A stretch of 64,000 bases of DNA from Macrostomum lignano (taxonomy: Eukaryota): NCBI GenBank assembly GCA_002269645.1, contig NIVC01002631.1, positions 62,001 through 126,000 of the forward strand. The letters run 5' to 3'. A program made the translations under genes and the position numbers. How positions within the stretch are numbered: the first letter of the stretch is position 1; each line of letters opens with the position of its first letter. The notes under the pieces are model-generated. The model searched no databases. It worked only from the letters and a program-made list of their open reading frames with translations, and had not been told where the DNA came from. This document shows, piece by piece, positions 52,225-62,964 of the stretch.

Positions 52225-55200
52225 TCACCCCCCACCCAGGTGAACGAGAACGGCGAGACCGTGCTGTTCAGGGAGAAATTCACTGACTGGCCAGACAAAC
52301 GCGGCCTCATTCTCGGCCAGCGTCCCGGCCGTCTGGACGCGTCGAACCGGCCACTGAGCCAGTCGCTGGCGCCCCCAGACTGGGATCTGATCCCCTGCCA
52401 GCCCGCCGATATGCTGGCAGCTTGGCAGCGCAGACCGCCTGCCTGCCTGGAACTCGAAGGCTCCCGGCTGGGCCGCGGCGGCACCTGGACGGAGGTGACC
52501 GACGGTCTCAAGCGCTCTTTTCAGCTGGAGACTCTGTCCGTGCGCGCCTGGCTTGTGACGCCCGAGTTGGAGCGGCGCGAGCTGCCGGCCGAGTCAGCTG
52601 GGCAGCTGAACACCTGCGGCATCCGCCTGCTGCGATGGCAGTACCGTCTCATCTCCTTGACTGGCCGGTTAGGCGGCGGTGGCGGCGGCTCCGGCGGCCG
52701 GGACACCGGCAGGGACCGGTGCGCCTATTTCTACTGGCAGGGAGCCGGCGCCGGCCAGAGAGAGAAAGGCGCCGGGGCGCTGCTCACGGTGCAGCTGGAC
52801 GAGGAGCGCTGCCCCCAGGTGCACGTAGCCGAGGGCAGCGAGCCGCCCGCGTTTGCTAGGATTTTCCAGGTAGTTGATCTCGTGTGCTCCGAAATCTGCA
52901 CTACTACCCCCAATGTACACACCCGAATCTAAACCTCTACCACCAATGTACACACCCGAATCTAAACCTCTACCCCCAATGTACACACCCGAATCTAAAC
53001 CTCTACCCCCAATGTACACACCCGAATCTAAACCTCTACCACCAATGTACACACCCGAATCTAAACCTCTACCCCCAATGTACACACCCGAATCTAAACC
53101 TCTACCCCCAATGTACACACTCGAATCTAAACCTCTACCCCCAATGTACACACCCGAATCTAAACCTCTACCACCAATGTACACACCCGAATCTAAACCT
53201 CTACTACCCCCAATGTACACCGAATCTAAACCTCTACCCCCAATATACACTGAATCTATACCTCTACCACCAATGTACACACCCGAATCTAAACCTCTAC
53301 CACCAATGTACACACCCGAATCTAAACCTCTACCACCAATGTACACACCCGAATCTAAACCTCTACTACCCCCAATGTACACCGAATCTAAACCTCTACC
53401 CCCAATATACACTGAATCTATACCTCTACCCCCAATGTACGCACCCGAATCTAAACCCCTACCCCCAATGTACACCGAATCTAAACCTCTACCCCCAATG
53501 TACACATCTGAATCTAAACCTCTACCCCCAATGTACACATCTGAATCTAAACCTCTACCCCCAATGTACTCGCAACTTACCCAGGGCAGCTGCATCATCT
53601 ACTCTGAAGGCAGCTCCGCTGACCGCAGCTCGGCCGGTCGCCTATTCTTAGTCCGCGGCCACCGCCTCGAGGAGTGCCTGCTGGTTGAGGTGCCTCGCAG
53701 TTCGGACTCGCTGCGGCCTCGCGGCTGCTACCTGCTGATGCTGCCCGATGGCCGGGGTCACCTGTGGCTTGGCTCGGCCACCGCCTCCTGGTACCGAGAG
53801 CTGGCCAGGCAGCGGGCTGAGAAATTCGCGGCCGGCACCCCAATGGAAATGGGCTTCGAGGGTCGGCCGGTGCCGCCAGACAGCTGGGCTACGGAGCGGC
53901 CTGGGGGAGAGTCCGGGGCGTTCCTGGCCGCTCTTGGGAGACCTGGCGCCCAGCTGGACATTCAACAGGACGGAGACGACGAAGTGAAAGACAAGGATGA
54001 CCCGCCGCCTGTTCGAGTGTATAAGTTCGCGTCCTCGGCTAGAAGCAGTAGCGGAGCTGGCGGCGGCGGCGGCGGGGAGTTGCAGTTCAGCCTGGTGTCC
54101 GATCCATGGCACGAGCCCGATAGGCCCAGCCCGTTCCCCTGCCAGCTGTCTGCTCTGCTTGCGCTGCCACAGCCAGCCAATGGTAGGCAGACACCCGCCA
54201 GCCCCCTCAGTGTACACTCGCTCAACCCCCCGCCAGCCACCCCTCAGTGTACACTCGCTCAACCCCCCGCCAGCCATCCCTCAGTGTACACTCGCTCAAC
54301 CCCCCGCCAGCCACCCCTCAGTGTACACTCGCTCAACCCCCCGCCAGCCACCCCTCAGTGTACACTCGCTCAACCCCCCGCCAGCCAACCCTCAGTGTAC
54401 ACTCGCTCAACCCCCCGCTAGCCACCCCTCAGTGTACACTCGCTCAACCTCCCAGTCACTGTACATTAATTCAAACCAACATTCCGCTCCTCCTTCAGCC
54501 TTCGTGCTGTTCGACGCAGGCAGCCGGCTGTTTCTGTGGCAGGGCTGGAATCCGAGCGAGGCGACGGCCGCGACAGCTGCTGCAGCATCGACCGCCACTT
54601 CGGCCGCAGATGCGGAGGCCCAAGCTGCGGCGGGCCAAGCTGCGGCGGCCGCCATCAGCAGCCGGGTTGCCGGCTCATCGCTGACTCGATTTGAAGCAGA
54701 AAAGCGCGCAGTGCTGTCTACCGCCATTAATTATGGAAAAAGTTAGTCCCATATTTTCTAAAAGTTGCTGGGTTACTGTAAATACCTGGAAAATATCTTG
54801 CCAGATTCCCTCCTCCGAAAATGTTTATAAAAATAGCTACAGAAACCCCGACTAAGATATCCCTCCTCCGACGGTGTTTCTAAAAATAGCTACACAAACC
54901 TCGATTAGGGTATCCCTCCTCTTACAGTGTTTCTAAAAATAGCTACACAAACCCCGATTAGGGTATCCCTCCTCCGACAGTGTTTCTAAAAATAGCTACA
55001 CAAACCCCATTAGGATATCCCTCCTCCGACAGTGTTTATAAAAATAGCTACACAAACCCCATTAGGATATCCCTCCTCCGGCAGTGTTTCTAAAAATAGC
55101 TACACAAACCTCGATTAGGGTATCCCTCCGCCAACAGTGTTTCTAAAAATAGCTACACAAACCCCATTAGGGTATCCCTCCTCCGACAGTGTTTCTAAAA

Positions 55201-55574
55201 ATAGCTACACAAACCCAATTATTCCTCTCCCAGTGCTGGGAATCCCCGCCAACCGTCAGCTGTTGGTATTCGCCGGCTCCGAGCCGCTCGCATTTCGGCA
55301 CCTGTTTCCCAGCTGGGAGCCGGACCTGGGCACTGGGGCGCCGCGCCACCCGGCCCAAGAGTTGCAGTTGGTGCACGAGCGGCTTAACAATCTGAGCTTC
55401 ACTCTGGAGCGGCTGCAGCAGCGCCCGCTGCCCGAAGGCGTGGACCCCGGCCGTCTGGAGGTCTACCTAGACGATGCAGAGTTCGCCAGCGCTTTCAGCA
55501 TGACCCGGCACGAATTCGCCGGGCTGAACGACTGGCGGAGGCTGGAGATGAAGAAAGCGCTGGGTCTGTATTAA
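34548..55574 (+). CDS. SVIL: Supervillin (gelsolin/villin family with headpiece), 14 exons: 34548-35668, 35955-36033, 37291-37381, 37834-38095, 40892-41179, 41953-42316, 43158-43324, 48560-48783, 49467-49991, 51084-51400, 52240-52869, 53585-54182, 54499-54741, 55234-55574
   Basis: Phase-compatible GT-AG junctions. Motifs [89 protein letters not shown], and a C-terminal villin headpiece [34 protein letters not shown]. Confidence 0.9.
36480..37156. repeat. About 57-bp minisatellite (..ATCAATGCACCCACTCTCTATACCCCTCAATGTACACACGCCCTGACCA..) in SVIL intron 2
   Basis: About 12 tandem copies. Confidence 0.95.
38229..39865. repeat. 27-bp minisatellite ATGAGAATCCAGGTGTCTCAAATCTCT in SVIL intron 4
   Basis: About 60 copies; produces the spurious 524- and 556-aa ORFs. 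Confidence 0.95.
40330..40795. repeat. 30-bp minisatellite TTGACCCATGTAGCTTTCTATGACCCATGC in SVIL intron 4
   Basis: About 14 copies ending shortly before the acceptor at 40891. Confidence 0.9.
41207..41812. repeat. 23-bp minisatellite TCTGACTCATTAGTTTAT(G/C)ACTG in SVIL intron 5
   Basis: About 26 copies. Confidence 0.95.
42375..43085. repeat. 30-bp minisatellite TGACCCAGATCCGACCCATTCGACTTTCAT in SVIL intron 6
   Basis: About 22 copies. Confidence 0.9.
43350..43765. repeat. 12/24-bp minisatellite CTCACTGTCACTCTCATTGTCACC in SVIL intron 7 (left part; resumes 48347-48550 after the LTR element)
   Basis: The same unit is present on both sides of the LTR element. Confidence 0.9.
43766..48346 (+). 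mobile_element. Young Gypsy-type LTR retrotransposon (element 2) in SVIL intron 7
   Basis: Apparently identical 214-bp LTRs 43766-43979 and 48133-48346 (TG...CA); TSD TCACT; PBS TGGCGTCGCAAGCA; PPT GGGGAGAAG. Confidence 0.97.
44018..47957 (+). CDS. gag-pol polyprotein of element 2; three single-base indels in homopolymers (about 44390, 44880, 46195)
   Basis: Gag (RWNKW..RYQF..LIRDQIV, CYRCG and [14 protein letters not shown]), protease LVDSGAS, RT ([15 protein letters not shown]), RNase H ([13 protein letters not shown]), integrase ([32 protein letters not shown]). Confidence 0.9.
48855..49400. repeat. 15-bp minisatellite CTACCCTCCTGTCTC in SVIL intron 8
   Basis: About 35 copies. Confidence 0.95.
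50000..51068. repeat. Two abutting minisatellites in SVIL intron 9: 23-bp CACATTGTCACTCTCGTATATGT (50000-50500) and 24-bp ATTGTCACACTCAACAGAGCTCCC (50530-51068)
   Basis: About 21 and about 22 copies; together they fill almost the whole intron. Confidence 0.95.
51541..52223. repeat. (TATC/CATC)n microsatellite in SVIL intron 10
   Basis: About 680 bp of tetranucleotide repeat ending about 15 nt before the acceptor. Confidence 0.97.
52910..53570. repeat. 33-bp minisatellite CCCCAATGTACACACCCGAATCTAAACCTCTAC in SVIL intron 11
   Basis: About 20 copies; source of the spurious [14 protein letters not shown]. Confidence 0.95.
54195..54460. repeat. 37-bp minisatellite CCCCTCAGTGTACACTCGCTCAACCCCCCGCCAGCCA in SVIL intron 12
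   Basis: About 7 copies. Confidence 0.95.
54805..55215. repeat. About 52-bp minisatellite AAAAATAGCTACACAAACCCCATTAGGATATCCCTCCTCCGACAGTGTTTCT in SVIL intron 13
   Basis: About 8 copies running into the acceptor at 55233. Confidence 0.9.
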
Positions 55575-55874
55575 TGAAAACTCGTGCCCCCCCCCCCCCA
55601 CGGGTATTAGAACTCGGAAACAATCAATATTTTATACACGCTGTACTTGGCGCTTCCAATATTGCGAGACAAACATGTTTAACGTAAAAAATTACTGTGT
55701 GCCTTATATTTATATTTGTGTGTTTGTTGCTGGGCCGTTTGCAAGCTACACCCACCTGTGCTGTGCTGCCATTTTTATAAAAATGTAACTCTTATATCAA
55801 CGGTTTTTTTTCAAATTTGTCCTTTGCCAAACATTAATCACTTCTGGTCTTATTGATAGCGAAGTTTCCGAACC

Positions 55875-57862
55875 CACTACTGACCAATCACTCCCCTCAG
55901 TGTACACCCACTACTGACCAATCACTCCCCTCAGTGTACACCCGCTACTGACTAATCACTCCCCTCAGTGTACACCCCACTGACCAATCACTCCCCTCAG
56001 TGTACACCCGCTACTGACCAATCACTCCCCTCAGTGTACACCCCCACTGACCAATCACTCCCTTCAGTGTACACCCCCACTGACCAATCACTCCCCTCAG
56101 TGTACACCCCCACTGACCAATCACTCCCCTCAGTGTACACCCCCACTGACCAATCACTCCCCTCAGTGTACACCCCCACTGACGAATCACTCCCCTCAGT
56201 GTACACCCGCTACTGACCAATCACTCCCCTCAGTGTACACCCCACTGACCAATCACTCTCCTCAGTGTACACCCGCTTCTGACCAATCACTCTCCTCAGT
56301 GTACACCCGCTACTGACCAATCACTCCCTTCAGTGTACACCCCCACTGACCAATCACTCCCCTCAGTGTACACCCCCACTGACCAATCACTCCCCTCAGT
56401 GTACACCCCCACTGACCAATCACTCCCCTCAGTGTACACCCCCACTGACCAATCACTCCCCTCAGTGTACACCCGCTACTGACCAATCACTCCCCTCAGT
56501 GTACACCCCACTGACCAATCACTCTCCTCAGTGTACACCCGCTTCTGACCAATCACTCTCCTCAGTGTACACCCGCTTCTGACCAATCACTCTCCTCAGT
56601 GTACACCCGCTTCTGACCAATCACTCCCCTCAGTGTACACCCGCTTCTGACCAATCACTCTCCTCAGTGTACACCCGCTTCTGACCAATCACTCTCCTCA
56701 GTGTACACCCGCTACTGACCAATCACTCCCTTCAGTGTACACCCCCACTGACCAATCACTCCCCTCAGTGTACACCCCACTGACCAATCACTCCCCTCAG
56801 TGTACACCCCCACTGACCAATCACTCCCCTCAGTGTACACCCCCACTGACCAATCACTCCCCTCAGTGTACACCCGCTACTGACCAATCACTCCCCTCAG
56901 TGTACACCCCACTGACCAATCACTCTCCTCAGTGTACACCCGCTTCTGACCAATCACTCTCCTCAGTGTACACCCGCTTCTGACCAATCACTCTCCTCAG
57001 TGTACACCCGCTTCTGACCAATCACTCCCCTCAGTGTACACCCGCTTCTGACCAATCACTCTCCTCAGTGTACACCCGCTACTGACCAATCACTCCCCTC
57101 AGTGTACACCCGCTTCTGACCAATCACTCTCCTCAGTGTACACCCGCTACTGACCAATCACTCCCCTCAGTGTACACCCCGACTGACCAATCACTCCCCT
57201 CAGTGTACACCCACTACTGACCAATCACTCTCCTCAGTGTACACCCCCACTGACCAATCACTCCCCTCAGTGTACACCCCCACTGACCAATCACTCCCCT
57301 CAGTGTACACCCCACTGACCAATCACTCCCCTCAGTGTACACCCCCACTGACCAATCACTCCCCTCAGTGTACACCCCATTGACCAATCACTCCCCTCAG
57401 TGTACACCCCCACTGACCAATCACTCCCCTTAGTGTACACCCCCACTGACCAATCACTCCCCTCAGTGTACACCCCACTGACCAATCACTCCCCTCAGTG
57501 TACACCCCACTGACCAATCACTCCCCTCAGTGTACACCCGCTACTGACCAATCACTCCCCTCAGTGTACACCCCTCGCTGACCAATCACTCCCCTCAGTG
57601 TACACCCCTCGCTGACCAATCACTCCCCTCAGTGTACACCCCACTGACCAATCACTCCCCTCAGTGTACACCCCACTGACCAATCACTCCCCTCAGTGTA
57701 CACCCCGACTGACCAATCACTCCCCTCAGTGTACACCCGCTACTGACCAATCACTCCCCTCAGTGTACACCCCTCGCTGACCAATCACTCCCCTCAGTGT
57801 ACACCCCTTGCTGACCAATCACTCCCCTCAGTGTACACCCCTCTGACTAATCACTCCCCCCA
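55875..57862. repeat. 32-34-bp minisatellite ACTGACCAATCACTCCCCTCAGTGTACACCCCC downstream of SVIL
   Basis: About 60 copies. Confidence 0.97.
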
Positions 57863-58279
57863 CTGTAGCACAATGTTAATCACACTTCTTCTGCTCTACC
57901 ATTTTGTACACCGGCAAGTTTTTAAACTTGTTTTTATCGAACTTCCTGAACCAGCTGTCTTCTTCAAGTTAAAATTGATGTTTCGATTGGAGTTCGGCGT
58001 CGCTTCTCTTCAACTATCCGATCCCATAAAGCTTTCGCGCGCTCAAGCAATTCATGAATTTATTATTCTGATTATTAATAATTATCGCTGCACTGTAATC
58101 GGGAATTGTAAATATAAGCTCGCTTGCATGACCCTCTGTAGCCCATACTAAGCTTGATACTTTTAATCAACAAAAACGTCTCCGAAGTTCACTTTGTTTA
58201 TAACGTTTATATTTTATACATTTGTCCGCTAAGGTATCGGAGTATGGGATACAAATTGTGTCTAAGAGACACGAGAGAT

Positions 58280-58758
58280 TATAGGGGGTGAGATAGAGGG
58301 TGGGAAGAGATTAGAGGGGGTGAGATAGAGGGTGATAAGAGATTAGAGGGGGTGAGATAGACGGTGGGAAGAGATTATATGAGGTGAGATAGAGGATGGA
58401 AAGAGATTATATGAGGTGGGATAGAGGGTGGGAAGAGATTATATGAGGTGAGATAGAGGATGGGAAGAGATTATATGAGGTGAGATAGAGGGTGGGAAGA
58501 GATTATATGAGGTGAGATACAGGATGGGAAGAGATTATATGAGGTGGGATAGAGGGTGGAAAGAGATTAGAGGGGGATAGAGGGTGGGAAGAGATTAGAG
58601 GGGGATAGAGGGTGGGAAGAGATTAGAGGGGGATAGAGGGTGGGAAGAGATTAGAGGGGGATAGAGGGTGGGAAGAGATTAGAGGGGGATAGAGGGTGGG
58701 AAGAGATTAGAGGGGGGATAGAGGGTGGGAAGAGATTAGAGGGGGATAGAGGGTGGGT
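58280..58758. repeat. 28-32-bp purine-rich minisatellite GAGATTAGAGGGGGATAGAGGGTGGGAA
   Basis: About 16 copies in two variant blocks. Confidence 0.9.
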
Positions 58759-58878
58759 TTACAACAAACAATCATCAGAGTATTCGGTAACAAGATCTGG
58801 TTAAACAGTGTTTATCAGTGCAAGGAACATTAAAAATAAGCAGTCAGATTTGATTACAACCGTCAGGCCCCTCCCTGC

Positions 58879-60782
58879 TCAGCTGACATAGGACTCATCC
58901 TGTGATGGCACCAGCTTCACCTTGGGCACCTTGGTGATAGCGATATTGGAATAATATCTAGCCAGAGTGTGAAAACAGAAGTTAAGGCACTGCATAGTGG
59001 CGCAGATTAGGCTAAAGTACACCAAATCCGATGAAAGATCCACGTCTGTCGTGGGCAGGCCGGCATTCTCCAGCTGATTGGCCATGTGCCTGGTGTTGTA
59101 TTCCACATTTTTTATGGCGATGAGGAGTCTATGAAACAGAACGATCACCAGAGCCTGAGGAGGGGTTGAGATTTTAGTAATGAAATATTGCTCTTTCCAA
59201 ATATCAAAAATGAGACAAACACTTGTGGGAATCTCTCTCGTGTGAGTCACTCCTGTGTGTGTGTGAGTCCCTCCTGTGTGAGTAACTCCTATGGGAGGCA
59301 TTCTTGTGTGAGTCATTCCTATGGGAGTCACTCCTGTGTAAGTCACTCCTGTGGGAGTCACTCCTGTGTGAGTCACTCCTGTGGGGTATCACTCCTGTGG
59401 GAGGCATTCTTGTGTGAGTCACTCCTTGACTCCCAGATTCCTGTGGGGAATCACTCCTGTGTGAGTCACTCCTGTGTAAGTCACTCCTGTGTGAGTCACT
59501 CCTATGGGAATCACTCCTGTGTGAGTCACTCCTGTGGGGAATCACTCCTGTGTGAGTCACTCCTGTGTAAGTCACTCCTGTGTGAGTCACTCCTATGGGA
59601 ATCACTCCTGTGTGAGTCACTCCTGTGGGGAATCACTCCTGTGTGAGTCACTCCTATGGGAATCATTCCTGTGTGAGTCACTCCTATGGGAATCATTCCT
59701 GTGTGAGTCACTCCTGTGGGGAATCACTCCTGTGTGAGTCACTCCTATGGGAATCACTCCTGTGTGAGTCACTCCTGTCTGAGTCACTCCTGTGTGAGTC
59801 ACTACTGTGTGAGTCACTCCTATGGGAATCCTGTGTGAGTCACTCCTATGGGAATCACTCCTGTGTGAGTCACTCCCGCAGGATAAACCCCACTCAAAGA
59901 CCCACTCCAACCTGCATCACCAGCACCAGCTTGGAGAAGAAGCAGACCCGCTGCAGAGCGGCCACGCCCTCCAGACCGATGGTGATGCGAGCCCGCATCT
60001 GCTCCGGCGACAGGCGCCGGTCTCTTTCGTCGGCAAAGTCGTCGATTCGTTTGAACAGAACCTCAGTTGCTGCGATGTACAGCTGGGCTATGGAGGCGAC
60101 CACGTAGACGATGCAGCTGTAATAGACGCTGGACCAGGCATCTCTCAGCGCGTTGAATTCTTGAAAACAGTGCGGCACCATGCCGGTGTCGATGCGGGGG
60201 CCTTTATGCAGGTAGAAGCCCGGGTCATCGGCTGCAACGTGAAAGATTGGACATCAATACTTCCGTGCGCTCAAAATGACAATGACTTCTTGCCCCCTCT
60301 CTAGCTGCGGATCAGCTGATTTAGATGAACTAACTGACTAACTAACTAACTGACTAACTAATTCCCGACTCTTTTAGCCCAACTTATTAAAGTTTTACCA
60401 TTGATATCTCACCGGAGTGCAGAGTCTGGCGGCCCTGCAGCAGCTCAGTCAAGATGTACACAATATTGTTAGTCAGACTCTCCCAGCTGCGCTGTAGATT
60501 TGAATTATTGAACAGGCTGACAACAAATCCCTGATCGGCCTTGTCAGAATAGAAAGTGATTTGCGACTGTATGATGAACAGGGAGACCACTGTAGTCACG
60601 CTGTACTCAATGCTAGTAATGTTGTCCTCTTTGTAGAATTTCACAAAGTCTGCGGTGAATTTCCCGTCCAGAGGCCGGATGACGCGGAAGTAGAGAAATC
60701 CGTTGAATGTGGCCCACAGCATCATGACGAGGTTGGCCAGCATCAGCAGCAGGCACACGCAGCCTTGGAGTTGTAGAAACAA
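58879..60782 (-). CDS. Uncharacterised multi-pass membrane protein, spliced; exons >=60782-60413, 60231-59912, 59154-58879; 5' end unresolved
   Basis: Phase-compatible GT-AG junctions (G|CC, CAG|GCT). The joined frame has 4-5 hydrophobic segments (CVCLLLMLANLVMMLWATFNGFLYF; VYYSCIVYVVASIAQLYIAA; FFSKLVLVMQALVIVLF; LVYFSLICATMQCLNF) and N-X-S/T sites. Confidence 0.65.
59225..59878. repeat. 15/30-bp intronic minisatellite GTGAGTCACTCCTGT / GGGAATCACTCCTGT
   Basis: Fills intron 59155-59911 of the membrane-protein gene. Confidence 0.95.
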
Positions 60783-61070
60783 GCGAAACTCGGGTCAATA
60801 ATAGTGCAAATAAGTCTTCAAGGCCAGCCCCCAAGGTTAGAAAGTCAGGGCCGCTGTACATGTACACCCTGTGTGAGTGTGCGTGCCTGCGAACAGTATT
60901 TGCGCACTTGTACATGCGCTCAGCAGTCTGCAGAGCGGGCGGGAAGAATTGCCGTCAGCGTTGGTTATGAGACAATGTCGCCGAAGACATTGCGTTAGGG
61001 AAACCCACAGCCCTCGTGCAAATATTTTATAACCATAAATTTGTTTTCGTTTTCATAAATCGCTGCGCGC

Positions 61071-61418
61071 CGCCTTCAACATCGGCGTCGAGCGAGTCAA
61101 CAAGGCGGCACTCTATCGCCGCGCTGGCCTGCCACGTCCAAGTGATCTACTGCGCCGTCGGCGACTCCAGCTCGCAGGCCATCTCATCCGCGCCGAGTCG
61201 TACTGCCCACAGCCGGTGCAGGAGGTGCTGCTGCTCACGCTGCAGGCACCCTACCGGCGAGGTCAAGTGCGAACTCGGCGTTACGTCGACTGTCTGCTGG
61301 CTGACGCCAGCGCCCCGGACACTGCCGGTGGCGTGGCCTTTGTTCGCGCCCAAGTCATGAAGCGCGCCCTGTGACGCTGACTTTTGTCATCCTGACAGCG
61401 TATTTTGTTGTTGTTGTT
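61071..61418 (+). mobile_element. 5'-truncated LINE 3' end, CpG-intact copy
   Basis: Open frame AFNIGVERVNKAALYRRAGLPRPSDLLRRRRLQLAGHLIRAESYCPQPVQEVLLLTLQAPYRRGQVRTRRYVD..KRAL* (stop 61372-61374), resembling the C-terminus of RTE-like RT ORFs; short 3' UTR and (TTG)n tail. Confidence 0.75.
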
Positions 61419-61805
61419 TCCTTTTCTACGAAATAGGTCGGTTATAAATTTTCCGCATTGTAACAAATACGAGATTCTGGCTTTAACTTCGGAACTTCAG
61501 AACCAGAAAATTTCACATTGTCGAAAATATTAGTCGTTGTTGCAGTTTTATGATGCTGATTTCAAATTTAAGCCTCATTTTTATGTAGCTTCAACCCGAG
61601 TACATGATGTAGTTTAAAGCCAACAAACAGGGCATGGGGAATGGGAGTTTTTAGGGTGGGCAGATTTTGCATGGGGATTGATTTAATCTACCCAAACTTC
61701 AATAGAAGTATGGGGATCCCTATTCTGAAATTATTAACAATTCTTTACTTTAATATCTTGATTCTTGGAAGTATGTTCAGTAATAGTTTGTTTGTAAAAA
61801 CATGT

Positions 61806-62655
61806 TCAACAATTGTGAATGGATAATTTGCAGAAATAATTTGCATCGAATTCTCTTTGGAAACCGCCGCCTCCATTTTGTGCTAAGCTGACATCTCCTT
61901 TCAAGCTTGTGAAACGATTGTGTCCGCACCGCATCCCCGAGTCAAGGACCTCCGATGCAGCCTCACTAACACTCACCGATCCACGCTCCCGGGTCCATGT
62001 CCTTGACGCGTCCCTCCACCCGACGGCCGAGGGTGCCGATGACCACACCGCTGGGCGCCAGCACAATCGCGTCGATGAGGGAGCGCTGAGTCTGGAACGA
62101 ATTGATCAATCGATCGTTCCACGCCCTCTCATCCGGCGTCATAATCGGAGGCCTCTCGCCTTTCGACGAGGCCGAAGCTCCGGCCGCGGCAGCTGCCGCC
62201 GCAGCCTGCGCAGCAGAACCTGACGCGCCCGTTCCTGTTGACGCCGCCGCCGTCCCTGTCGCCGCACCAGCAGCCGCTCCAGCGCCGGTTGTCAACTGTT
62301 GATCCACGTCGTCTTGTGCGGCGCCTCCGCCTCCTCCGCCTACTCCACCAGCCCCGCCGCCGCCGTTGACACCGCTGCCACCACTGGCTGAACGTCCACG
62401 AAAGGCCAGGTGGTCTTCGGCGTTGGCGGCCGCTGCTCCTCCGGCTGTGCCAGCAGCCGCTGAGAGGCCACCGCTTGCTGAGCCGCTACCGGAGCTGCCT
62501 CCGCCGCTGCCGCTGCCGTCGCCGCCGCCGCCTCCAGAAGATGAGGAATCGGCCTTGCGCAGGCCAGGAACCCTGTCCAAAGGGTCATGAGGGATGTTCG
62601 ACTTGGTGAAGAACACGTACGGCAGCGGAATCTCCTGGTTGGCTGGACTGTTCAT
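61806..62655 (-). CDS. Hypothetical protein with a Gly/Ala/Ser low-complexity N-terminus and a possible profilin-like C-terminal domain (one +1 frameshift near 61995)
   Basis: GC-rich 229-aa ORF plus overlapping ORF 61806-62066. An acceptor-like CATAG just upstream of the ATG suggests an earlier exon. The profilin resemblance is by eye only. Confidence 0.45.
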
Positions 62656-62964
62656 CAGTTTCTATGTAGAGGTAATTTAATTAAACTTGCATATGTTCAA
62701 GAAGAGCCAGTTTTGTTAACGGGTAAATTTTGCGCTCTACTTTTACTTAGAGTCAGAAATGACTCGTAGAATGACGAAGTTGTCTATGGCTCAGAGCGAC
62801 CTCATCATTTTATTGATTAATTACTTAAAGTACACGTGTCATGTCTAACTGGAACTCTGCGAGTTAGGGAGGATTTATTCAGAAACATTACACTGCACAA
62901 TGTGCACATACTAAACAATCGTAGAGTCACTAGACTGGATGGTTGAGTGACGGCTAAAAGGGTG

